From Hyphochytrium catenoides (Eukaryota > Protista > Hyphochytriomycota): 64,000 nt of DNA. The stretch covers positions 62,001 to 126,000 of the forward strand of contig FLMG01002562.1 in NCBI GenBank assembly GCA_900088475.1. The letters are read 5' to 3'. Positions 24,201 through 35,828 of the stretch are shown piece by piece. Each line of letters begins with the position of its first letter. Positions within the stretch are counted from its first letter, which is position 1. Position numbers and translations under genes: made by a program. The notes below the pieces were generated by a model. It did no database searches, was not told the origin of the DNA, and saw only the letters and a list, made by a program, of their open reading frames with translations.

Positions 24201-26916
24201 TTCAAGCTTTCTCTTTCCCTAGCTTCTGGGAGCTCCCTAGACTCAATTGCACCTGATATTGACTAGCTGTTAATGCTTTCCTGCTTATCCTCTAATTCTT
24301 GCCCTGGTCTTTGATCTCTTCGTGATCCGTCTTGCGCAGTCTGACCTCTTTGATCAGCAAAAGCAGGTTCTAAACAGGTGAAGACCAAGCAAGGAGCCAA
24401 GGCAAGCTCCGGATCAGGCGTGGCAGGCAAAAAAACAGCCGGAGCAACTGGGGCGAAAGGCGGGGCAAGCAACTCTGCAGCGGCAAAGAAGAAAGGTGAG
24501 CCTGCAAATGAAGCATGGCGGGGGTGTTCTTAGCCGGCTTGTACCATATGTTTCGGCTATGGAAATGTGCCTTTCTGAAGGCATGCAATTGAAGACTTCA
24601 ATAGATAGATTTAGGTTCTTATTTCGTCACAACGTCGTGCTTGGACGGCGAAGTTGACATTGCTCTTGCTCTTCTCATAATCCACCTTACTGACCTCCTT
24701 TCACAGCTTATGCGGAACAAATGGCCGTACTGGGTACTAAGCTAGGCCACGCCAAACAATGCACTGCCCCTCTTGGAACATGCCCCGTTCCCGAGTGCGA
24801 TAACTCAAAACTCCTTTTGCAGCACATGGAGCAATGCCAGGAGAGCAAGGAGGGAAAGGGGTGTAAGCAGAGACAAGGATGTCCAGGTAGAAATAGCTGT
24901 GGCCCCTCTTACTCTCAACCCCATGCTGACGCCCTTTCTTGTTAACTCTTTCGCGCCTATGTCTCCGTAGCATCCACCCTATTATTCAAGCATATAAACT
25001 CCTGCAATCGGCCAAAGTGCCCTATATGTAGCGGCTACAGAGCTCAACTGGCTGGGGGTGGCGACGGCGCGGCAGCACCTCCGCAAGCCAGTGCCCCAAC
25101 ACCCCTTGCTAAGGCTGCACCAAAGGCGAGTGGGAAGCGGCCAGCACCAAAAAAGGAGAAAGAGGGAGGGCCCCCTAGGAAGAAAGCGAAGTCAGCAGCT
25201 GAGAAAAAAGCGGCAGCAGCTGCAAAAGCTTCGCCTACCCCAGGCCCTTCATCTCCAGATGCTGGATTGAAGGAGGCTGTGGAGAAGAAGAAAAGGAAGC
25301 CAAGCCATGTGATCGTCTTACCTCCACAAAAGGAAGAAGAGCAGAAGGAGGAAGAGAACAAAGACCTCCTCCCAATCTCTCCTGAAGAGGCCAAGAACGC
25401 TTCAAATGTTTTGTCCTTTACTCCTGTTGACCTACAGCAGGAGAAGGGCAGGGTGCTAAAGGTCAGATTTGTGACACATCCTGCCGTACCACTCACGTCC
25501 TTCTCTCCCTTGTTTGGTCGTGTTCACCTCATAGTTTCCCTTGGCGGGACACTGAACCTTTCTATCATGATTTTTAGGTATCGAACTCTGCCCTTCTTCC
25601 TGCGAGGCGTCAGGAGTTGCTGTTAGCTGGAGTACTGAAGGAACGGTGGTTTCTCTGTAACGTCTTCGACGGATCTACCGTTATGACCAAAATAAGAGAT
25701 GCTGCACTTGGAGCTGGACTGACCATCAAAGAGGGAGATGTTGCCAGTTGTGAGTACCTCTCAAGGGCAGCGCAGGTACTGACACAAGAGGCCGATGTGT
25801 AGAGGGCCCTTCCCATTCACTTTTATCCTTGCTGATGCCCATCGTAGGGTTGTAAGTGTTCAAGCCCCTTGTTTGTTCATTATGGGTCAATCAGTCCCAG
25901 AGTTTCTCCGCCTAACGACCCTTGCCTGCAAGGCATAAGAGGCAGTAGCTCTAGCCTCTGCCCTTCTGCTGTTAAATCTTACTGCATAGACTGACTCTTT
26001 CGTCTTTCGTTCTCTATTGTGTCTCTATTCTAGTCTCTTCCTTCTGATTCCGTGGCTCTATCTTTCTCTATCTTTAAGTCTCTTTCTCGCCTATTTCTCC
26101 TGTCTCTGACGCAATCAGCTGGTCTTCTTACCGTGGTCTACCTCTCATCCTCGTGAGCAGGACTATTTAATGGAGGTGATAGAGGAGCTGATCCCGATCA
26201 GCAGGCTGAGGACTGGACACCATCTGCAGGACTTTCAACGGAGATTTCCCTCAGATTTTGAGTTTGCACCGTCCGCGTTGCCCTTGGAGGCGGTCAGCGC
26301 GTGTATGTCAGAGGACATCAAGGCCTCTGAAGAAGCCGATGCCAGCGTCAAGAGATCAATCTTAGAAGAGATAGAGACGGCCGAAAGATTAGCGCTAGAG
26401 GCAAAGAAGAAAAAGAAGCGAAAGAGCAAGCCCAAGCCAGAGGACGACGAAGACGGTCTCGTCAACGGTACAAGCAGTAGAGAAGCAACGATGGACATCG
26501 TAGAATTAGCCAGAGCCGATTTGAAGGTTAAACTTGTTGCCAGAGCCAAAGGAGAGACAGTCGCCGGGTTGAGAGCTTCTCTTTTCCCCGAGAGGAGAGA
26601 CACGCATACTATAGGAGCCGCCATTGATGGCCCTCCTTTAACTTCTGGCATAAGCTCCGTTGCACCCAGCGGAGAAGTGCAAAAGGGCGAGACAGGACCT
26701 CCAACAGCCTTAGAAGCAGCTCTCTCTCTTCCCTCTGAGTCAAAAGAAGAGAAAGTCTCTGTTGATCACTCGTCGTCGTCGTCAGAAGCAAAGCCTATCG
26801 CAATACTTCCCCAAGACTTTTTCGCCTGGACGGACAGCCATCGAGATGCACTAACAATGCAGCTGAACTACAAGCTGAGAGCGCTGGGTAATCAAAAGAA
26901 GAGTCTGGCGATGTGA
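21233..26916 (+). CDS. TAF4: TFIID subunit 4 (TAF4)-like protein with an RST-like helical domain and two TAZ-type zinc fingers, 13 exons
   Basis: Phase-consistent 13-exon model. The C-terminal part resembles TAF4: SNVLSFTPVDLQQE, histone-fold KIRDAALGAGLTIKEGDVASCEYLSRAAQ|DYLMEVIEELIPISRLR, a basic patch, and terminal IAILPQDFFAW...LNYKL. His/Cys clusters at 23147-23620 and 24748-25030. Confidence 0.75.
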
Positions 26917-27444
26917 GAATTCATTGTTAATAGTTTGGCTAGGTAAATATATGTGTGTCGTCTTTTTTTCTTCCCTCTGGTTTGATTGTGCATGCAGCGA
27001 AGGGAAGATAGGAAAGGACTTTGTGGGGATAAGCAGGTATAGTACTATAGTGTAAGAGGAGAAGAGGAATGAGCTGCTCACCGCTCACCGCAGCGAGGGA
27101 TAGCAAAAGAACAGCGAGACTCTGTCAGCAAGGCAAAAGTGAAGATGAAGGATAAGAGCTAGCCTTCTAACCCGCAGAAATGGAGGTCAGAAGCAGAGAG
27201 CCTTGCTTATAAGAAGGAGTGAGACAGGACTGAAGAGCTCTAGTCAGATAGGACTGCCACGCAAAGAGACGTAGGGAGGACAGCATTAACAATCGAATTC
27301 GTGACATAGTATTAGCTCGATGACTATAAATAAATATACAGTGACGCCAGGTCACTGCTGCGGTGAGTTGGCAAACCCTTTGCCAGTGAAAGAAGCAGAC
27401 AAAGAGACAGACAAAGACATAAAGATGACCAGCGAGGAGGAAAC

Positions 27445-28732
27445 TTATGCATAGTTGTGGCGACTGGCGTTCATGTCGCTGAGAACTTCATGGAGCCGCT
27501 TTGTAGCAAACTCCTTCATCCGCGGGGAAGCAGCGGGGTTAACGCCGAGAAGGTCTGTCCTTTCTGGTTGGGTCTCAGATAGGCACTGTCTCACCCAGGG
27601 GTGTTCTAAGAGTTGTACGGCCGTCATCCTCTGCGCCGGATCTTTATGCAGCAGTGATCGGATAACCGCCTTGGCACTCTCGCTAACATTTTTCCATCGC
27701 GGCCCCTCAAAGGAGATTCTCCCTTCCCTGATCCTCTCCACAACGTCTTCCTCTGATGAGGTTCCGTCCAGGTCGAAAGGGTGCATTCCGCTCAGCATCA
27801 CATACAGACAACAGCCCACAGACCACATGTCAGAAGCTGGAGTGCATTCCCATTTGTCCTGCATCTCTGGCGGCCAGTAAGCCTTCGTCCCTGCTGTTGT
27901 CTCCTCCAGATGAGAGTTGTCCAAGAGATCATCCTCCTCCTCATCCTCAAGGCTCCAGCTGTCCCATTCTCTCCGTTCTTGTCTTGTTGGGAGCATGGTG
28001 GCACAGCCAAAGTCGATAATCTTGATCTGCCGCTTGCCCTGCTTCCTTAGGATCATCATATTCTCTGGTTTAAGATCGTTGTGCACCATACCGTGGCCAT
28101 GTAGAAAGATTAAAGCTTTGCTGACATCCGTCAATACTGAAGCTGCTAGCTTCTCTGAAAATCGGCGATACGTATGCAGATAGTCAAAGACTGAGATGCC
28201 GTTGACAAGGTCAGTGACGACGTAATAATGGTCTTCATCTTCAAAAGCCTCATGAAAAGAGATGATATTCTCATGCCCGCCCCAGGAAGAGATCTTCTTC
28301 AGGATAGAGACTTCCCGATGAACCTCTGCGTGAAGGGTATGGCGCCTTACTAGAGTCTTCACTGCTACAGAGGTACCGCTCGTCACGCTGGTGGCGCGGC
28401 GAACCACACCAAAGGAACCTTTACCAATTGCAGCGCCCAAAGAGTATGAATCCTGACCCTCGAGGAGCTGCTCTGGCTCAGAACGCACAGGCTTTGTGGG
28501 CGAAGAGTCAATAGCTTCAGTTCGAGGTACAGAGTTCCCGCCTTCGCTCTCACTTAGGCACAAAGCTGCAACCGCCAAAGACGCCAGTGCCCAAGGTCTA
28601 ATGCGCCTTGAAGCATCTTCTGACGTTGCTCGGGGCCGTACTCTTGATGGCATCACCGCTTTATTATCCGCGATTCTAAGGGCCACAGCAGCGGCTCTTG
28701 TGGATGTAGAGAGAGTGCGAGGCCTGCAGACC
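27445..28732 (-). CDS. CAMK/CDPK-related Ser/Thr protein kinase, intronless in the visible part; the start codon probably lies in the N gap
   Basis: GKGSFGVV, VAVK, HNDLKPEN, DFG, AGTKAYWPPE, DMWSVG, HPFD, RMTAVQLLEHPW. The frame stays open upstream to the gap (VCRPRTLSTSTRAAAVALR...). Confidence 0.92.
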
Positions 28733-28774
28733 NNNNNNNNNNNNNNNNNNNNNNNNNNNNNNNNNNNNNNNNNN
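28733..28774. other. Assembly gap (42 N)
   Basis: Run of n characters. Confidence 0.99.
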
Positions 28775-29084
28775 AATCGTTATCGACAACGTTTTCTGAA
28801 GCTCTAACGTCAGCTGCCTTGTCTTCCAGATGGAGATTTATAATAAGATCACTTTGCTGATTGCGGAGACTCTGTTTTCTCTCAGCTCCCCGATCTTCTA
28901 CTGACAGGAGCTCAAGAGAGACAAGACGGAAGTCTGGAGCGCTGTTGATTGACCACAAGCGGAAGAAGAGCGTGACTCGGTGACAGAGAGCAACAGCACA
29001 AGACAGAGGAGCAAGAACCGAGAGGAAAGACTGCAATAGAGGAGACGGCGAGATGAGAGGATGACTAGACGAGAGAGGGGGCGA

Positions 29085-29085
<1 letters not shown>

Positions 29086-29117
<32 letters not shown>

Positions 29118-29284
29118 AGACATGAGACAGGCATGGGGCTTTCTTGTGCGATGGTTTGGACGGAGTGAGCGCGAGAGAGCCAGTCCCTGTGCTTGTGCGT
29201 CTTGACCCCAATCTCCCCTTCTTTCTCTCCTCTCACTGTCTCGAGATCTTAGGTCTTTTAGACCTTTCGTCGTTACAAAGCTCA

Positions 29285-29318
<34 letters not shown>

Positions 29319-29422
29319 CCTCTCTCCCCTCAAGCCTAAGGTTGGCTAAGTTGTCCTCCCCTACCCTATTGTGGGTCCAGGAAGGGATGAGAAATCGGTC
29401 AAGAAACAGAGAGAGAGGGGGA

Positions 29423-29490
<68 letters not shown>
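29086..29490. repeat. Cluster of (GA)n/(CT)n microsatellites
   Basis: (AG)n at about 29086-29114, (CT)n at about 29286-29330 and a long (AG)n at about 29428-29490. Further (CT)n tracts occur at about 30237-30277 and 40968-41026. Confidence 0.95.
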
Positions 29491-29496
<6 letters not shown>

Positions 29497-30244
29497 ACGA
29501 GGTAGGAAGGCATGCATTGAAACTTTCATTCAAGCTTTCTTGTGAGCTTTTACCTTCCAGAATATATATATATTAATAAAGAAAGTGTGCTGTTTTATGG
29601 TTTTGAGTACAAACCTGTCAGAATTTGCCCCTTTCTATCTTCAAAGATAAAATTTATTAGGACTATTCTGATAAAAAAGTACAAAACCTTTGTTAGGTAA
29701 TTTTTCCCAGCGCAATGTTTCATAGCGGGGGTTGGGTCCCAAGATCTTGCCTTCCGTCTAAATAAAGGACGCATTTCTATTGCGGCAGGCTAGGCCATAG
29801 ACGTGACAGAGTGGGGGCCGTTAGGATCGTAGAGAGCCAAGGATTGGCCGTAAATAAAAAGACGGCAGAAGACCAAGGGACAGGAGTGTTTGCGGTTAAG
29901 GATTAGACACTTTGAGGCTTTACTTTGTTAGGTATTTCCATACGGCGGCGAAGGATAGAGAGGAGGTCGAACTAGAAGTAATAGACCTCTGAACCTCTAA
30001 AACCCAAATCCTAATCAGACAGAGCTATGAGAGATATATGACTGGTGAGATTAGCCCAAGCACAAAGTGTATAAGGTACAAGAGCGGTACAGACAGAGGA
30101 CAAAGGAGACACGAGAAGGCCCCAAGAATCCGTTACAAGTCGTCTCAAACTGCCAAAAGCCGCCAAAATTTTCTTCCCCCTCTGAAAACCACTGTCGTGC
30201 CAAGCAAAATGTTGCCCTCTCTTTCTCGGGCTCCTTTCTCTCTT

Positions 30245-30279
<35 letters not shown>

Positions 30280-31688
30280 CTACTCCCAGGTGTTTCCTGT
30301 CTCTGTCTAGCTCTCGGTCTGTGTCTCTTGGCTCTCTGTCTCCATCTCTCGATGGATCTCAATCCACATCTTGCTCTTCTCAATCTTCAGTGGTCAATGC
30401 CAGCCAATCATCGCTTCAAAGAATATCGTCCCTCAGATGACTGAAGTTTGCTTACTGAAAAGAGAGAGAGAGAAGAGACGAGGAGTAAGGAAAGAGAAGA
30501 GGAGTTAGTGTCGTCATTAGGCAGATTGTTATTGCGTCATCTGTAAGACTGGAGAGCGAGAGCCACATGAGCGTACTTCCCTCCTCGTCAGAAAGTTCCT
30601 GCTGGCGGTTACGGAGTGGTGAAAGCCTCTGATTGACAGCCTTTATGAGTGCCAAAGGAATGGCACTGAGACGCAAAGAGATACGCCTTGTACGTCTTCC
30701 AACATAGACCATCTGGGATGCCTTTGGAACAGTGCTCTGTCTTCCACCGCAACGATGTCCTCCACTTCTGACTCCCTCTAAAAAGCTAGGGCTTGCTAGG
30801 GCGGAAGAGGCTTTGCATGAAGTGCAGTGCAGTGGACGGTGCAGGATGATGCTGGACTGTTAGAGGGAGATCTTTCACCTGATTCTGAACCGCAAAAGGC
30901 TGGGATCAGCTCTTTGATCCAATATTGATCCAATGATCAAGGGCACTTGTCTGCAAGAAATTTCACTGGTTGGTTCTTCCCGACTGTTTTTCGTGCGTAG
31001 AGAAAAGATTAGATGGACCGAAAATAGAACGCTGGCATAGCTGCTGGCATGTTGTTGGGGAAGGAGAGGATGGTGTAGGGGCGACCATCTTTTGGGGCTG
31101 GCGAGCAGCAGAGGTACATAGCTCTATGCTGTAGGTATTATTAACCTGGGAGAGGCACATAGCTGCCTCTAGTGTCACAGGTTGCTACGGCCCGCTACGC
31201 TATACATCTACAATGAGAAAGCAAAATGCGAAGAGCTTCCTGGCAAAGAGGGGCGAAGGCATGTGCCATGTCTGTCGTCTCCAGCATCCCTTGGTTGTTC
31301 CGCTCCCGGTGAGGCGCTAGCGCATCTGCCGAAGCGGCACCCAAAAAGGGCCAACCATCTTTCCTCCCAAAGAAGGATCTTTGCGTCAAGATAGCTCCGC
31401 TAACACGGCCCAGCAGGGCATTTTCTGGGATAGCGGGATTGTTCTGACCTTGGAGCCGGACAGCTTTACCCTTGAATATTGGACCTTGCTCTTCCTTGGA
31501 TGTCACCATAAGCATTTAGCCCAAGTACACCTTCAAAGTATAAGCGAGCTTATAAAAGCTAGAGCCTGATGCTCTTGGTCGAGAGGGGAGGGCACTCGTG
31601 CACGTGCCTTTACCAACATAACATGAACAGATTCCACGATGCTGCCTATTGGGAAGTAAGATTGCTTGTACCTGGTAGCTTACTAATC

Positions 31689-33101
31689 TCATCGGAGGAC
31701 AATGTGCTCTACCTCTCCTGCAGGAAGAGATAGAGCCGTCAGTTGTTTCTCTGCTCGCTCTTCCTTAGACTTCATCTTCTCGCGGTGCCATTGCTCTCTT
31801 CCTTCATCCTGCCACCGTTGCGTCCATGCAGAGTGAGAGGCTGTGCGTAGGACTACAGCTCTATATTGCCCAGGGTGAAGGCGCTGAAACAAAGAGATCA
31901 CGCCAACCTCTTCTATGCCACCTTCAGCTCCTTCGATTGTTCCATCCGATACCAGTAAGAACCCCGTCTGTCAAGAGGATACCAGAAGAGCAAGACAACC
32001 AGTAAGCAGCACCCAGGGTTTAGAAAGAGGCACTAGGGGCATGTTGGCAATGAAAGTGGGAATAAGCAGCTCTGACTTGACAGACAAAGACGGTTCCCGT
32101 AGAGGAGTGTCAGAATTTTTTGAACCACGCACCAATAGAGAAGGGAAGCGGATAGCAGTTGAGAACATTGAGAAACGATGATGAAGTGGGCACTAGGCTG
32201 GCAAGATGGACGCTCTCATACCAAACCCAGTGCCCTCAAGTCCCATAGAGCGCAAGTATTCCAGGGACTGGTCAACCCGCTTAAAGGCTGGATGCCTTCC
32301 TTGAACTGATGACCCTCGCATTCTAGGCCCGCTACCAAGGTTTGCCTCTTCTCTTTGTCTTCATGTTCTCCTTCCGATTCCCCTTGTGAACCTTGTCTGC
32401 CTCTATAGAAGAGCAGATATAAGCCATAGACCTGTTCCGCCGTCAGCGTCATCTCTACAGATTGGAAGAGCAGAAGAGGGAACTTCTTCTTGGCAGCAGC
32501 GCAGACTAGGGCGTTCAAGGCTGGACAAAAATTGCTCCAGAAGGAGACCGGAATGATGTCTACCCAGGCAAGGTCTGTGACGCTCTCCACGACGAGAGAG
32601 TGAAGCTCCAAGTCGTCTAGCCCTTGTGTCCCTACAGCGATAAGAACCTTTGTATCAAGAGGTAGACGAAGAGAGAGCGCAGGGTAAGAGAGACACAACT
32701 CTGGATTCTACTTCACCTAACCCGTATCCTCCGTGCGTCTCTCTCTTCTTTGCTCCTCCTCTTTTCCTCGACGTTTTCTGGTCAAAGGCGGCAACTTTCA
32801 TCACTCTTCTCTCACCAATTGTCACCTCTTACTTCTCACGAGATTTGCCGTCGTTCCTCAATGGACTCCGTTCTCCTCTATGCCTTACCTTGGAAGCATA
32901 ACTTCTAGCAGACAGGCAAAGCTCTCGCAACTTCTTAAGACTATCGTCTACGTTAGAGGCCTTAGACTTGCGAAAGATCCTCGTGCCAACCACAATAGAC
33001 TGATGAAAAGTATGAATGGAGGAGCGCGGTGAAACGCTCGCCAACTCTTCCATCTCTTTGGCCTCTTCTGGCGGGCTTCTTTGGGCTTGTCCGCTTGCCA
33101 T
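31689..33101 (-). CDS. Conserved uncharacterised protein (305 aa, 3 exons), possibly a glycosyltransferase-like alpha/beta fold
   Basis: Exons 33101-32889, 32647-32222 and 31967-31689, all phase 0. Motif-rich peptide: VVGTRIF...VLIAVG...IPVSFWSNFCPALNALV...LLFQSVE...LVAGLECEGHQF...GLTSPWNTCALW...GFLLVSDG...GGIEEV...WHREKMKSKEERA. Confidence 0.82.
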
Positions 33102-34619
33102 CAGCGGATGTGCTCGTGGTATTTTTCGGTTTCCCGACCGCTCTAACTCATAGCTGCCATAGCGAGTTGAGTTGATGTGCTGTCAATCTTTGATCATACG
33201 TCCACAGACAAGCTACGGTCTCTTGGGGCTTAGCGCGTTAGGCGTCAAGTGGCAGGAATTGAAAAGGCCAGCGCTTTCCCACAAGAAGCGGGGGCTGCGG
33301 CACAAGAACGGGAAGCTCCAGTTGTCGCGGATAAGTGAGACAGGTGACTGCGACGGAGATTATAGAAGTTGTATACATGTGCAGCTCAGATGCGCTACAT
33401 TCCCAACGGCACAATCCATCCTCACTAGTGTTGAATGTCTTCAGATCAAGCAACGTCCGTTACTCAGCTCAGAAACAGCCGATAGTGCATCAGAGCATGG
33501 AGTCCTTATCGACTCAATCTACACGCAGTCGCTTCTTGCTTCTTCGGGTCTCAATGATGATCTTAGCCGGCATTTGCTCCTTCTTTCTGATAACCTAGCG
33601 CCCAGAAAGTTTTGAAGCTCAAAGAGCTCCAGGTTCCAGACGAAGATTCAACAGACTAAGTAGGCAGCCGATAACTCTCAGAGCGCGTTGCGAGGCGGGG
33701 GGTGCGGAGCCACTCACCCAGAAGGATGATAGGCCTATCTGGGGGTAGCTGGGAGAAGGGGGGAGTGTCTCCTCCACCTGTGGGGTTAGAGCGTGACATC
33801 TATCGACGCTTGACATCTCACCAAAGGGGAAGTTCTGATCATCCCATTTTTGTCGTTTTATTTCTTTCCAGAAGGTAACAGGTGAGCGCTATCCCATATC
33901 TAAAGCCTCCTGAGCTAATATATTGAGTAAACGCGATGGCCTCTCCTGACTGCTCCTGTGATAGTCGTAATATAGGACAAATGGCGGCAATGAAGAAAGG
34001 TCGTTACAGCTGTACAATGACCTTTGGGCAGTCCAAGGGGAGCGAGAATTAGTGGCGGCCACGTGGAAAGAAAGAAGAACAAGACAGAGCAGTAGAGACT
34101 GTCGCCGGGGGAAGGGATATAGTTGAGAGCGTGCTCTGTGTCAGTTAGAGACAGAGGAAGTATAAGAAGCCCCAGGTGGTAGGGCCTGAGGGAGACAGGA
34201 AGAGATTCGACGACCGCTGGTTGCAAAGGCATCGCCGATGGATGGAAAGAGCTTGATGCGCGTCGTGGGAAAGAAGAGGGAGAGCTAGAAACAAGCGCTG
34301 CCAATCGGGCCAGGGAGCACTACCTCTTTGATTTGCCTTGTACCCGATACCTGTATATAATAGATTCAAAGGCCTTCCTACCAAAATCTAGAGTTTATAT
34401 GATATCTTACATAGCACTGAGCACTAGTAACAGGCTCTATCCTAGTCTTTTCAATCAGCCCGTCTTGGCGGAACAGCGTTTCCAAACCCGGCGCTCGTCA
34501 ATCTACACTCTAAGGAACTGTATACCGCAGTAGTTCTAAGGTCCGTCCGGCGGCTTTCTGCAAAGTGCCTGTGTGCTCTCCCCCTCGCGCTCTTACATGG
34601 ATGGAGGTCCTGTCTTCGT

Positions 34620-35828
34620 TTACATTGAGGGAGCCGGATCCTTTGGACCTAAGGCAATATCGTCCTGATTCAGCCATGATAACCTCCATCGCGCAGACTC
34701 GTCTGCCGTCTTTTTTCTTCCACCTCCCCAGATTCCGCAGGCCTCAAGCAGGAACTTGTTGAATAGAGGCGGATTGTCCAGAAAGAGCTGATGTCCGGCA
34801 TTCGGCACTCTGATCACTTTCGTAGGTACTTTCAGACGGGGTGCAACCGCATCTGCATGCCTAGCGTCCATCCAGTCCGTATCGCCATAGATAAAGGTTA
34901 CAGGTACTTTAAGCTCCGGGAGTCTCTCACTTAGAGGTTCTCTTGCGTAGGCAAAGGGAAGGAGAACTTTGCCTAAGCTGTACTCCCCGCTGCCCTGTGC
35001 AGCAGCATTATGATATAAATAGCTTCCCATTGCCTCGGTATCCACGTCTGGGTTCATAAAGCGGTTCTTGGCGTATCCATTGATGAACCGAGGGCCGAAA
35101 GGCCCTACCAATCTCAAGATATCTTGAGGAGAATACCCCGCTTCCCATAGATTTACGAGGCCCGAGACCATCCATCGCTGCCAGAATGGCAGACTAGTGA
35201 GCCTCCGGGTAAATGGATCATCTTCGGGCTTTCTTGGCACTCCTGCCGGACTCGCAAGGACAAGATGCTCAACATTCTCCGGATGCTTGAGTGCGTATGC
35301 GGTGGCAAAGTAGCCGCCCAGTGAGTGACCACAAAGCACCATCTTGTCTATCTTGTTGGCTTTTCGCCATTCGTCCAGCGAGGAAGTAAACCACTCCTCA
35401 GTCTCTGATAAGGTCTTCGGGTGCCACTTAGGCCGGCTAGACCGACCCATTCCCAGCCAATCCAGCGCATAGAGATGTGTTTGGCTGCTCAGCTGCTTAT
35501 AGTTCAGGTACCATCCTGCCACGCCCATTCCAAAACCATGGCAAAGCACGAGAGGCGTAGTCTTTCCTTTGTGCTGAACGCCGCCCTCTACAGTGTGAAG
35601 GTGAAGACCCTTGCCAACAGGCACATCCTTGACTTGGAGTTCTGTTCCGCTCAGCTCCAAGAGCTTTTCCTCTGCAGCAGCGAAGTGCTCCTCCTTGGAA
35701 GGAATCCACAGGTTTCTCAGCCACTTCATGCTGGCTTGTGGACCGGCTTCAAGGCAGGGGCGAAGAAGACGGAGACTCTCAGCAGACGCAGGTAAGCTGG
35801 TAGTCTTCAGTCGTCGTACGAATGACAT
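34620..35828 (-). CDS. Alpha/beta hydrolase of the ABHD4/ABHD5(CGI-58)/CLD1/ICT1 type (lipase or LPA acyltransferase), intronless
   Basis: LVLCHGFG, ALDWLGMGRSSRP, nucleophile GHSLGG, LVLASPAG, FIYGDTDWMD, and C-terminal AGHQLFLDNP (HX4D). The first ATG is 35828, with an alternative at 35729. Confidence 0.92.
   Translation of the reverse strand: MSFVRRLKTTSLPASAESLRLLRPCLEAGPQASMKWLRNLWIPSKEEHFAAAEEKLLELSGTELQVKDVPVGKGLHLHTVEGGVQHKGKTTPLVLCHGFGMGVAGWYLNYKQLSSQTHLYALDWLGMGRSSRPKWHPKTLSETEEWFTSSLDEWRKANKIDKMVLCGHSLGGYFATAYALKHPENVEHLVLASPAGVPRKPEDDPFTRRLTSLPFWQRWMVSGLVNLWEAGYSPQDILRLVGPFGPRFINGYAKNRFMNPDVDTEAMGSYLYHNAAAQGSGEYSLGKVLLPFAYAREPLSERLPELKVPVTFIYGDTDWMDARHADAVAPRLKVPTKVIRVPNAGHQLFLDNPPLFNKFLLEACGIWGGGRKKTADESARWRLSWLNQDDIALGPKDPAPSM

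Noticed and set aside
29561-29793. Helitron-like element (TATATA-rich start; weak hairpin CGCA..TGCG followed by CTAG)
   Set aside because: There is no 5' TC terminus, the hairpin is only about 4 bp, and no second copy occurs in the window.
28653-30444. ORF-track proteins with ERERER/LSLSLS runs (also at 13153-13500 and 40908-41278)
   Set aside because: These are translations of (GA)n/(CT)n microsatellites.
33554-33590. C/D snoRNA (ATGATGA...CTGA)
   Set aside because: The boxes are only about 37 nt apart, and the rRNA complementarity (GGCATTTG) is too short.
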